In this document: positions 55,242 through 64,000 of the stretch, piece after piece | Layout of the letters: each line of letters opens with the position of its first letter | Numbering within the stretch: position 1 is the stretch's first letter | Assembly (NCBI GenBank): GCA_020137815.1 | Contig: CM035355.1 | Coordinates: 5,580,001 to 5,644,000 of the forward strand | From: Hormiphora californensis | Taxonomy: Eukaryota; Animalia; Ctenophora | Length of the DNA: 64,000 nt | Direction: 5' to 3' | Translations under genes and position numbers: made by a program | Notes under the pieces: generated by a model | Databases searched by the model: none | Told to the model about the DNA's origin: nothing | Seen by the model: only the letters and a program-made list of their open reading frames with translations

Positions 55242-58200
55242 TCTCTCTCTCACCCTCTCTCTCTCACCCTCGTTTACTACTCTCAGCTTTCCAATATATA
55301 CATTCGTTCTAAAACGCATTAACGCCCTGTTATTCACAGCACTACAATAAAACACATGTATATTTGGCCAAAACCTAGTGCTATTATGTTCAGAAAGTGG
55401 GAAATTGGTGATACTAATATTGTTATCTTACTATATGTTCGCAAAAGGCAAGCTTCCCCTCGTCCGACCCGAAGTTGGAATCATATGGGTTTAGTTTGTC
55501 GAACCGGCAAGTTGCTAACATTTTCAAATCTTCAATACTTCTCAAATGATCTAATCCCATACATTCAGTCTAATACCAAAATAAAATTGTAAATCCTATT
55601 AAAAATAGAGACAAAAATAATGGCACCAAAATGTGAAATGCCCTTGTAGTTAGTGGGAGCAGAACAAAATCAATTTCCTATCTCACCACGTTAATAAATA
55701 ATTAATTAAGTTAATGCTCTTATTTGTTTTAGAGGTGCTCAAATTTGAACTAAAGGTGGAGTTTATAGCTTATTGTTCATCATAACCTGAAATAAATAAT
55801 TTTCATTACTTTCACAAAGGCTCAAAGTTTGAATATCAAATTTGCCAAAACTGTGTAGGGGCAAATTGGTGCAGGGGCAAAAGTTTTAATTGATTATTAT
55901 TAATTAATTAATTAGAAAATCAAAAATCCGGCTCCGTTATGACTCGTAGTTATACTACTAGAACATACATACAAAGTTTCATTTCGAAAAAACAAACGGT
56001 TTGGCCACAGTTTGAATATCAAAGTTGCAAAAATTGTGCAGGGGTAAACAAAATTGTGCAGGGGCAAAAGTTTTAATTACTTATAATTAATTAATTAAGT
56101 AAAAAATCAGAAATCCGGCTCTTTTATGACTCGTAGTTATACCACTAGAACATGCATGCAAAGTCTCATTTCGAAATATCAAACGGTGTGGCCACAATTC
56201 GAATATCAAATTTACCAAAAATGTGCAGGGGCAACATTTGCCGCAAAAGTACAGGGGCAAAATGTGCAGGGGCAAAATTTTAATTGCTTATAATTAATTG
56301 GATAATTAATTTTGACTATTCCCACTTTTTGTCGATCTTTCTATATGCATGAACTACATTACTACAAAATTTTAGGTCGTTATTTATAGCAGAACATAAA
56401 ATATACCATTTTTAGTTGCCTTGTTCAGGAAATGTGCAGGGGGTCGAAATCAGCGGTGCAGGGGAAAGATGGTGCAGGGGCAAAATTTTAATTACTTATA
56501 ATTAATTAGTTAAATTAAAAATAAGAAATCCAGCCTTTTTATGACTCGTAGTTATACTACTAGAACATGCATACAAAGTTTCATTTCGAAAAAACAAACG
56601 GTTTGGCCACAGTTTGAATATCAAAATTGCAAAAAATGTGCAGGGGTATTTGCCCCTGTACATTTTCAAAAAAAGTGCAGGGGGCCCTAAAAAAGTCAAT
56701 TTTTGCATGCCTATAACTAATTAATTAATTAATTTTCAATACTCCCACTTTTCGAATATCATTTTTTTATGATTGAAGAACATTCCTACAAAGTTTCAAG
56801 TCGATATTTCAAGCAGAACGGAAGATAAACCGTGTGCAGGGGCACGCGTGCAGGGGCAAAAAAATCGAAATGTACAGGGGCAATGTGCAGGGGCAAATTT
56901 TGATAGCTTATAATTAATTAATTAATTAAAAAATCAAAAATCCGGCCACGTTATGACACGTAGTTATACTACTAGAACATGCCTACAAAATTTCAGGTCG
57001 ATATCTCAAACGATGTGGCCGCAATCGCTGCCTGAAATTTGCCCCCCCCCCCCCCCCCCCCCCCCCCGAAAATCTTCTATTCTTTTGCTATATAGGGCCG
57101 TCACTTTTTGGATTTGGTGCAGGGGCAAAAATTTTTTTTTTCGTTTTTTCTGTTTTCTTCGGGTCGGAGGTGCCTGCCGGCACCTGAATAATGCGAAAAG
57201 GGGTGAAACTTGATCCCCCCATGCATGTTTGGTGGTCCCTAAATCGTCGTCATCAAGATCAGATCACATCACCCAACATGCATGATTAGATCACCCCACT
57301 GAGGATCAGATCCCCCCACCCATGATCAGATCATCCCATTGAGGATCAGATCACCCCACCCATGATCAGATCACCCCACTGAGGATCAGATCATCCCAGT
57401 GAGTATCAAATCCCACATTTCACCCAGTAGTCCACTGTGCGTGATGAGATCCCCATATAGAGTAGAAAATTGGCGAAGACAGAGCGAGAGAAAGAGAGAC
57501 ACAGAGAGACAGACAGAGACAGAGAGAATGAGCGACGGGCGCGGCCTTTTTCGGCCAAAGGCCGAATTACATTGACTAGTGAAGGTAAAGAAATTATTAC
57601 GCACCAGTTACAGATTGAGACCCTGATATCTGGGCACGCGTTCCTGATGGCCGGGCATGCAGAAGGTTCTGTGGGAACCAATGTGCATTGCTGCGCGTCA
57701 AGTAAATTGAATAGAAAGTAGAGCTGAACGCGCATGTCAGCACTCACTTGCTTCCCGGCCATCCATCCTTTGATGCCTGGGAACTGATGCCTGGGAATCT
57801 GTAACTGGTGCCTTACGTTACTTCTTAGTAAATAGTAGTAGATCTGTGTTTTAATATTGCAAGTCGCCCATAAGTCTCCCCCTAATCAGTGCCAACAGTT
57901 CAGGTACTTAGTACCTTCTGCTGGCCATGGGAAGTTTCATACTTTCAACAAAACAAACATCACCCAAGAGCCATCACCAAGTATCTAGACCTGGCCAACC
58001 ATCACCAAGTATATAGACCTAGCCAACTCCCAACCTTCTCCAAGTATCTAGACCTGGCCAACCTTCTCGAAGTATCTAGACCTAGCTGGGAAGGCAGCTG
58101 CAGACCAGCCAACTATTGATAGATTTCCACAACTTGCTCCCAGTTACTCAGGCCACAAATTGCCCCGTTACACACACACACACACACACACATATCCCGC

Positions 58201-59179
58201 CCATTCTAAAACATTGTTTTCATTTTACTGTGTTTTACATTGGTATAGTGAGGTTCGATGGTATGAACACTATTCATTGTGAGAGCGAATAAAGGGTGTA
58301 TACAATATTGGTAGCTGGTATTATTCGTCACCTTTGAACCAGAATGTGTAGGGTGCGGTACAAGATCTCTCTTTCTCTCCCCCCCCCCTCTCTCTCACCT
58401 TCTATCTCTCTCTTTCTCTTTCTCCTCCCTAGTATTATTTATATACCTCTCTCTGCCCCTTTGTTTCTCCCCACTAACATGCTGCATGCGACCCATCTAA
58501 TAACCCCAACATACATACAGTACACTCCAATGCAATACACCCAGTGTAGTAGAAGAGAGAGGAAGGTGAGAGGAAGAGAGAGAAAGAGGGTCGGGGGAGG
58601 GCATTCATTACCTGACGAGATTGTTTTTAAAAAGACAGAGAAGGGTGGAGGAGAAAAGAAGACAGCGGAATTTGAGAAGTCAGAGAAGGGCTCCTCCTCA
58701 CCTACGTCCTACCCTCCTTCTGATTAAGGGAGGTAGGTGAGATGGAAGTATAGACGTGAAGGAGTCCGTATTAGTGTTGTAAACATAGTGCTCCTCTCTA
58801 TATCTTCTTCTTCTTCCACCCTCCTACCGTATCTCTCTAGCTCCTCTACATCTTCTTTATAATATCTTCCACCCTCCTCCTTCTACTCTCTATAATAACT
58901 CCCGTATCTCTCTAGCTTCCCCTCTATCCTTTTTTTCAGACTCTATCGTGCAGCCTCCGGGCGGGGATTGTGGAGACAGTACGAACAGTTCAAACCCGTA
59001 CATGAAACGACAAATAAAAAGGACAGACATTTGTGACAGATCGGACTAGTAGAGACCGTTCAACGCAATTTCACACAATATTACCTTGTACAGTTGTGAG
59101 ACAGTTCTAAACATTCCCTTTCGGACTCTGCTCGTCTGACCGCTCGTTGAGTTTGCCATGGAACTGAATCCGGGGTTGG
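23634..59179 (-). CDS. MYH9/MYH10-like: Non-muscle/smooth-type myosin II heavy chain (MYH9/10/11/14, zipper clade), 5'-partial. Exons: 59179-59085, 54036-53949, 53661-53544, 53328-53127, 52946-52791, 52632-52447, 52261-52113, 50307-50193, 50079-49924, 49044-48896, 48758-48614, 39301-39228, 39021-38793, 38629-38489, 37609-37476, 37013-36914, 36791-36384, 36205-36095, 35958-35752, 34197-34066, 33935-33739, 30579-30455, 30257-30116, 29672-29606, 26732-26624, 25553-25381, [24511-24365], 23730-23634
   Basis: Motor motifs [65 protein letters not shown]; neck [18 protein letters not shown]; rod [20 protein letters not shown] and [13 protein letters not shown] (non-muscle clade type). All junctions are GT-AG and phases chain correctly except one extra base in exon 30579-30455; stop TAA at 23636-23634. 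Confidence 0.96.
24365..24511 (-). CDS. Candidate cassette exon of the myosin non-helical tailpiece (147 nt, phase 2-2)
   Basis: cttcag(cag) acceptor, AA|gtgagt donor, open in the myosin frame: [50 protein letters not shown]. Confidence 0.65.
25796..26465. mobile_element. TTAA-flanked foldback element (Kolobok-like MITE)
   Basis: ~290-bp near-perfect inverted arms starting AGTAAGAGTGGCGCGCC; TTAA on both sides (25792-25795, 26466-26469). Confidence 0.85.
26742..27210. repeat. 12-bp tandem repeat (GGTAGTGTCAGA) x ~39
   Basis: Perfect copies that begin ~10 nt from the acceptor of myosin exon 26732-26624. Confidence 0.98.
27370..27478. mobile_element. 109-bp hAT-type MITE
   Basis: TIR CAGGAACCGACCGA; near-identical 8-bp TSD gatgttac/ggtgttac. 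Confidence 0.88.
28215..28323. mobile_element. 109-bp hAT-type MITE
   Basis: TIRs CAGGAACCGACCG / CGGTCGGTTCCTG; perfect 8-bp TSD GTTACAAC. A truncated copy lies at 28922-28997. Confidence 0.92.
29461..29605. repeat. 17-21-bp tandem repeat containing the donor motif GTGAGTA on the - strand
   Basis: Units TACTCACTC(AGCTC)TGTACTAT abut the donor of exon 29672-29606. Confidence 0.9.
30602..32146. mobile_element. Non-autonomous TIR element with 8-bp TSD, containing a nested foldback (30903-31822) and a Tc1-like end fragment (~31880-31939)
   Basis: [23 protein letters not shown] / ATTAACATGACGACCCCCCC; TSD GGTTAGTA on both sides; inner inverted arms TAGTGCGGTAATATGAC...GTCATATTACCGCACTA. Confidence 0.88.
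32611..33624 (+). CDS. Nested antisense gene: F-type lectin / galactose-binding-like domain protein, 5'-partial; exons 32611-32788, 32945-33029, 33143-33261, 33377-33480, 33547-33624
   Basis: Spliced translation [15 protein letters not shown]...[20 protein letters not shown]...[11 protein letters not shown]...CG...QTYTVKC...YGDTVEL...[10 protein letters not shown] fits the A.DG, I.I.NR and EI.V.G pattern. Exon phases chain through GT-AG introns. A hydrophobic tail ([11 protein letters not shown]) appears if one T near 33565 is removed. Confidence 0.75.
34297..35769. repeat. 53-bp tandem array (~28 copies) built from the myosin exon end plus splice donor
   Basis: Unit CTAGTGGATTCCTATATACTAACAGAGGTTCGCTGTTTCCTAGACTAGGGGGA; the last copy overlaps the exon end AGGAAACAACGAACCTCT|gttagt. 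Confidence 0.97.
39339..39485. repeat. Inverted repeat (MITE-like hairpin)
   Basis: AAAAATCAATTGGGTCACCCAATTAGCCA...TGGCTAATTGGGTGACCCAATTGATTTTT. Confidence 0.8.
40095..42459. mobile_element. Chapaev-like (CMC/Transib-related) DNA transposon, internally deleted foldback
   Basis: CACGG...CCGTG termini, ~300-bp near-perfect TIRs, 4-bp TSD GGGG, inner inverted arms (40741-40955 vs 41508-41719), central transposase remnant. Confidence 0.82.
41188..41490 (+). pseudogene. Transposase C-terminal remnant (Chapaev/Transib/RAG1-core-like)
   Basis: [14 protein letters not shown]...[13 protein letters not shown] matches the T.K.H...H / LG..SEQ..E..H signature; N-terminal part absent, premature stop at 41454. 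Confidence 0.75.
43394..44923 (+). CDS. Nested antisense intronless orphan protein, ~509 aa; last 37 aa derived from transposon sequence
   Basis: 1.5-kb uninterrupted ORF with globular composition, YAG 8 nt before the ATG, N-terminus MGVVVS (MGxxxS); no family recognised. Confidence 0.8.
   Translation: MGVVVSRSKFHKGRIPPLVDTLELEFEAVPFFTLYLNSGDEMQVNTVDLARVSEVFYHFAKGVENENAGYDLTEYHDLAVRSLIEAINLDERRPQIKITQDYFRDILKLSLHLDICGAPQCCYDWFEQQILAIENVTADTVGPWLKEASFIWKKFSNMEPLNLITKRVYELDARSTFVELLCQRYRSLSHIELKVLLVCSECDGDNCILLTPLIDKISLEIAEGSFRLSDNLKFLLEYSCLDSLATSDVKQFTLYYTTILDSHLLLTGDDFQWLLDFRKSCLAATGDKVELCYFGYEKIPGETDEEKFAYLVDNSTKFYNFYNFLCELLIHHGHDINISSVRDPILRIDAVKRERGWKSAPDHFWLFSSGIRVKPDEWFSEDWQRPAIEFNFTYSKFKPRERLLFTYVEHENWPACYQGTRCGFKWKRQKDVIDVNSYLWRSTLEPAKGYHLHPKRYRGAVVSRPGKIFTKTQEPTDSSSSSLRPSPPWLRFTMGSIPVSSRNAVFFYP
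44810..46043. mobile_element. Non-autonomous hAT element with the same TIR as the 109-bp MITE
   Basis: TIR CAGGAACCGACCGATTC / GAATCGGTCGGTTCCTG; perfect 8-bp TSD CCAAAACC (44802-44809, 46044-46051); subterminal ATCG repeats; internal hairpin 45781-45863. Confidence 0.92.
44869..45381. mobile_element. Transib-like non-autonomous element nested in the hAT element
   Basis: TIR CACTATGGGGTCAA / TTGACCCCATAGTG (CACWATG-type termini); flanks agatt/cgatt resemble a 5-bp TSD with one mismatch. Confidence 0.7.
46277..47174. mobile_element. Poly-G/poly-C-ended TIR element (partial second copy at ~39640-39870) with an inserted TTAA-flanked foldback MITE at 46797-47130
   Basis: Inverted AACTGTATCAGACATCCATG motifs; ~200 bp shared with 39644-39850; inner palindrome AGTGAGA...TCTCACT flanked by TTAA. 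Confidence 0.78.
49115..49897. repeat. Chain of four perfect palindromes filling a myosin intron; possible Penelope-like pseudo-LTR relic
   Basis: Hairpin centres near 49215, 49426, 49568 and 49758 with arms reused between hairpins; contains CTGATGA-stem-GAAA on both strands. Confidence 0.85.
51782..51858 (-). CDS. Candidate alternative first exon for a headless myosin-rod isoform
   Basis: ATG...[25 protein letters not shown], then GA|gtaagt (consensus donor), phase 2, in frame with exon 50307-50193. Confidence 0.55.
52290..52437. repeat. 24-bp tandem repeat filling a short myosin intron
   Basis: Units GGTTRCTAAGGCAACAACTCCCTC, resembling the adjacent acceptor region CGTTGCTAG. Confidence 0.85.
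55455..57192 (+). mobile_element. Helentron-associated non-autonomous element (HINE/DINE-like)
   Basis: 12-bp subterminal inverted repeats TCCGACCCGAAG (55463-55474) and CTTCGGGTCGGA (57157-57168), followed by hairpin AGGTGCC-TGCC-GGCACCT; internal ~190-230-bp tandem units with GTGCAGGGG. Confidence 0.65.
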
Positions 59180-59636
59180 CTGAAAAGGAATGAAAATAAT
59201 AATAATAATATTCCGCACTTATATACCGCCCATACCCGACAGGAATGAAAATAAAAATGAATAATTCACATTCGAACATATATTTAAGTCCCCTCAGGCC
59301 ACCCTTTGATCCCTTAACATTACTGTGATGGTGCACATGGTGGATATAATGCCCTTATATGGATATGTGGATTCCTTTGAGATCATTCCCCATCTCTTTA
59401 TGTCTCTCTGTATCTCTCTCTCTCTCTCTCTCTCCCTCTCTCTCTCTCTCCCCATCTTTCTCTCCGCCCTCCCTTTGCGGTGTGATGCGACTTGTGCATG
59501 CATGATTGCAATAATTCATTTGACTCAAACTGAGAAGTATTATTTTGTGCACATTTTAAAACAACGCGGCTAGTACTGTTTAATACAAATTTAAATCTGA
59601 TCTAAAACTCTTTGAGAGGAAAACAAATTAAAATAC

Positions 59637-59745
59637 CAGGAACCGACCGACACAAGTAAACAACCAATCAGAACTCGTTATTTAGGTCACGTGACTGGTT
59701 ATCAGCCAATCATGAACCAGTATCTCCTGATTCGGTCGGTTTCTG
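59637..59745. mobile_element. 109-bp hAT-type MITE
   Basis: TIR CAGGAACCGACCGA; perfect 8-bp TSD TAAAATAC; lies ~15 nt past the GPCR stop codon. Confidence 0.92.
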
Positions 59746-59759
59746 TAAAATACTAAGAT

Positions 59760-61071
59760 CTAAACTTCAACTCTGGGCGTTTCTTCAACTTTGGGTGAGT
59801 CGGGAGTGTTCGTCGTCACGGTATTGACCATTACTTGATTACCCTTCACACCCCCACCATTAATGTTTGTCACATTATTGTCATTCAATCTAAACACTCT
59901 CCTGAACCCCCTCACTGCATACTCCCTCAACGCCTTCGTCCTGACAAGATACACCGCCGGATTAAAGCAGGAGTTGAATGTAAGTGCTATGTAGTTGATC
60001 CACAGGAGATCCCAAAAGGTGAAATCTATCTGCAGCTCATTCCTCATGTCATCAATATCACCATAGAGAACAAAGAAAGAGATGGTCCCTCCAAGGTTTG
60101 CAATGATAAGAATTGTTCCCAGGATGCCCACTGTGTACACAGCGGACACCTGATCCGGGGCGAGGTCCCTACCGGAGGAGCGGCGGATCTTGTAGAGGGA
60201 CCAACCGGAGTAGAAACAGGATATACCCGCCGCGATGAGGAGAATTATCGTTAGGATTTGGAGATACGCATGGTTCCTGGAGAAACGGGTGTGAATATCA
60301 CAAAACTTAAAATAACAGTTAAATTGTTTTAGCAAAATTTTATTGACGTCAAACACCAGAAAACTGACGATTTCTTTACTTACTCGAACACCTTTTCCGC
60401 AATATCAGGTATAGAGTTGCTGGTAAGATTGCTGGTGATTTGAGTCAGGTTGGTGAGTTGGTAGATCAACACAGTAGTTCGCCCACTAAAATACACCACC
60501 GCCAGCACTCCTAACACCGTATAAACAATCCAGTTCTTGATGATCAGAAACGGTCGAGTAAACACCACACACCGCGTCACACACAGCACACAAGTCACAC
60601 AGACGGACATGTCTGAGCAGACTCGGAAGATCCCATCGAGCCAACAGAAGAGCGGGTAATCATCCATCATATTATTCATTTGGTCCACTTCATCCTTCAC
60701 TTCATTCTCCACAACGAGGTCCTTCATTATCGCCAAGACACTATCACGACCCCAATAGAATGCTACTACCACGGAGAAATCCACACAGGTGAGAATGTCG
60801 GTGATGGTGAGGAGGAGGAGTAGCCTGTTACCCATGTTCTTGTCTGATGACCTGAGGGTTTTGGTGGGAATGTAAGTATCTTTTGGCGGGAATGTATTGC
60901 ATCATCATCAGTGGCCACAAGAGAGATAAAACCAGATTATAATGATGGAATAAGATGTGTTTACCTGCTGCAGTAGAATGATAAAGATATGGCGTTGGCT
61001 GTAATCCCAAAGGCAGTTATAATCAGGGTGAATATTGAGACAACATCGGCTGCTTCAACGCGACTCGCCAT
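59760..61071 (-). CDS. Orphan class A (rhodopsin-like) GPCR, 363 aa; exons 61071-60965, 60851-60384, 60276-59760
   Basis: Seven hydrophobic segments; TM1 GITAN, TM2 LTITD, TM3 LCVTRC (DRY position), TM7 FNSCFNPAVY (NPxxY). Two GT-AG introns join the ORF pieces in frame. Confidence 0.9.
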
Positions 61072-62870
61072 GTCAGAAACTAAATGAAAAATTAAACAAG
61101 GTTCGTGAAACCTCTGCTAAAAAGGGTTCAAGGAAAGGAGGTAAGTTAAGGATTCTCTACTGCACTAAATAAGCTACTGAATAATGTAATAGCAAGGCTA
61201 CGTGCTGGCGAGTAAGATCAAAATGAAAGTTTGTAAACAAAATTATGTAGAGGTTGCTGGTCGGCAAATGTTAATTTTAATAGCAGTAAAAGTTTAGTTT
61301 ACATTTTCCATTTGTACTGCAGACGGTAAAAATGCTCTCGTAGAGCTAATCGACGTTTACACGTGAGCTTCAGGAACACTTCTAACCAAGCTAGTAACAG
61401 GTTTTAGAAGAGGAAGGAAAAGGGCATTTGATTGTACCCTAATTCAGTACACAAATAATAACCCCAAAATGCGGCGTGAAGCAAAAAACTGAATGGGGAT
61501 GTCAAGATTTAAAAGGTATAAAATCATCTCGAATTCCTGCTAAGATAATTACGGAGATTCAGAAGAAAGACAGAGAAGAACGCCAGCTGTGGAAAACACA
61601 CTACACAGTTTGTTTTTGTGGGCGGTAATTATGTTGTTTAGAACAGTAGACAACTCAACAGTGTCTAGCTTCAGAGACAGTGAAAAAGAGACTTGACATT
61701 GGACTTTGGACTATTTCAACTATAACATTGTAAGGATGGTCTGAAAGGTGGGAGAGCTGTTACGTCCACTGTGGCACGTGCATCACTAATTGAGGAAGAT
61801 TAGGATGGAGAGAGAGCTGAGTGGAGAGAGCTGAGTGGAGAGTTAAAAATGTTGTCAGAGGGAAATTATCGCCAGCAAATGGTTTGGGTGATTATGCCAC
61901 CGGGGCTGCATAAGTAACAAGAGAGCTCGTGTCCTAATTATGTCCTCTCAGGTGCTCTCAGCATTGCTCGTGTTCTTAAGTGGATCTGTAACAGCTGTGA
62001 GGGTATAATTAGGGTACGGTTATAAGGGTATGTTATTTTCAGGAAGATAAATCATCGGGGACAACCCAGATATACCCCCTACTATGAATTCCCAGTTACC
62101 AAATTTAAACAAGTACAATGACCTGAAGAGAGAAAGAGAACTCACTGCACAGACAGCACAATACAATGTACAGTGTGTATTGAATACACTGCCGACTAGT
62201 ACAAGTTTATGCAAAGCAAAGCTTTCACTCTGTGTTTTGTTGAACGAGTGTTGATGTACCATGCAGGAAAATGTAGTGAAAATGTGAAGGCACTGCTCTC
62301 ACTTAGTAACAATCTTACTTTCCGTAGTGAGACATAGTGAAGGCACTGCTCTCACTTAGTAACAATCTCCCGTAGTACGACTGCGACAATGTGAAGGCAC
62401 TGCTCTCACTTAGTAACAATCTCACAATAGTGCCAATAGAATAAGGATAAGGAAACTCATTCAACGTTTTCTGTACTGAGAGAGAGAGCGACAGATATAT
62501 AGGGCAAAGAGAGCATTGTCTGTCATAACTACTATACCCTGTTGGCGGAGCCCAGATGAGCTCGTTGTGATTTTATAAATTTTCCGTTTTAACTTTTTCA
62601 CAATAAATGTATTTTGAGTGGTGAACTGAGACAAAGAGGACTTTGGAGTTCGGTACAAATGATTTACAAACAACAACATCATCCATTAAATGGAAACATG
62701 ATACAAAGAGAGATACTGATCTTCTTAATCTCGCATGAAAGAGGAATACTGGAGAGCTAGAGATTGATAGAAAATATCCAAAAAAGAGCCGGGAAGATCA
62801 CAAAGATGAGTTGGGAAGAGCAAGAAGAGAAAATTTGGTCTGGATTAACGACTGAGATAAGTGCGATATA

Positions 62871-63839
62871 CCGCGTGGGCCAATAAAAAGGGAGGGTCAT
62901 AAATCTTCGATTTCTCCGGCACCTTAATTCCAATGGTTCTGAAATTTTGACACAATGTTGGTGGGCTTATGCCAGATATGTGTACAGGGTTTCAAGTTCA
63001 AAAATGCAGAAATTCATTAATGAACTTAAATTCCCGATTTTTTAGTTAATTGAAGGTTTTCCCTTGTTCCAAGTTGATTTTGATCACAAAATTGCAGCCA
63101 CTCAATAGTGTTAACATTGATCAATGGCAATCTGAAATTTCATCGAAAATGAATAAAGTTTAGTGGGTGAAATTAATGAATTAAAAATGATAATTTTTTC
63201 AAAAAATTTATTTTCGCTGAAAATGAGAGATTTGCACTGTAGAGATGAAATTAAAACCTAACTGGGTTATGATTTAATCATTTAAGTTCATTCTGGTATG
63301 AAAAACTGTTAAATTCAAAAAAAAATATTTTTTTTAATTTTCATTTTTTTATTTTTTTTTCGTTAATAACTGCATAAATTAACATTTAACCGATAGTTCA
63401 TTGACAAACCGTTAGTTGAGACATTAGTGAATCGAAAACTTGCTAATGGAAGCTTTCTAATGCTTATACTGATTGGTAACAACAAGCGTCATGTGACCTC
63501 CATGCAAGCAACAAGAAACGTAACCAGGGTGTGACAAAATCTTGTTAGCAAGATTGCAATTGGTCTCCAATGCCCTCTGTTGTACCCAGTATCAGATATC
63601 TGGCGTGGAGTACAAAAGAGGTTCGTGGAAAACAAAAAATATGGACTAGAGAAAACCTACATTGGCTTAAAAACATGAATTTAGGTTCATTAATGAATTT
63701 CTGCATTTTTGAACTTGAAACTCTGTACACATATCTGGCATAAGCTCAATAACATTGTGTCAAAATTTCAGAACCATTGGAATTAAGGTACCGGAGAAAT
63801 CTAAGATTTAAGACCCTCCCTTTTTATTGGCCCACGCGG
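62871..63839. mobile_element. Non-autonomous Tc1/mariner-type element
   Basis: ~160-bp TIRs CCGCGTGGGCCAATAAAAAGGGAGGGTC...; TA on both sides. Confidence 0.9.
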
Positions 63840-64000
63840 TACTAAAGAAGTGCTTACACATGTCACAAATGTATGAAACGTGAGCTCTTGGCGCTTCTTT
63901 CACCCCAATTGTGTTTCCTTGGATTGACCCCGGGGCGCTGTGGTAGACCAGCTGATAAAATAACAAAATCGCCGTGTAGCTGTGAAGGTCGAACAAAGTA

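Noticed and set aside
59760-61010. GPCR as a frameshifted pseudogene
   Set aside because: Two canonical introns join the pieces into one intact frame.
63808-63996. Possible upstream myosin exon
   Set aside because: No frame resembles a myosin motor sequence.

Overview
Animal (eukaryotic) genomic DNA with spliceosomal GT-AG introns, abundant (GA)n microsatellites and many non-autonomous transposons. A recurrent 109-bp MITE matches a repeat I recall from ctenophore (Pleurobrachia-like) sequence; this taxon call is unverified recall. Genes from left to right: TEX10/Ipi1 (-, runs off the left edge), RNF123/KPC1 (+, divergent from TEX10), GEMIN8 (+), an orphan coiled-coil protein (+), and a large non-muscle/smooth-type myosin II heavy chain gene (-; 27 traced exons plus one candidate cassette exon, 59179 to 23634; 5' motor exons lie beyond the window). 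The myosin introns hold three nested genes (an F-type-lectin-like protein, a ~509-aa orphan and a class A GPCR) and nested transposons (solo LTR containing a Chapaev-like element, hAT containing a Transib-like element, TTAA-flanked foldbacks, a Helentron-like element, a palindrome chain with a hammerhead-like core). Most notable observations: (1) up to three in-phase alternative first exons that would give headless myosin-rod isoforms; (2) splice signals repeatedly amplified as tandem arrays, including ~28 copies of an exon-end/donor unit and ~39 copies of a branch-point-like unit; (3) a YAG acceptor 3-8 nt before all six start codons, suggesting SL trans-splicing; (4) a TIR element carrying ten perfect DnaA-box 9-mers. 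Clustered +1 frameshifts and the 14.8-17.2 kb homopolymer-rich stretch are most likely long-read assembly errors. All coordinates were counted by hand.
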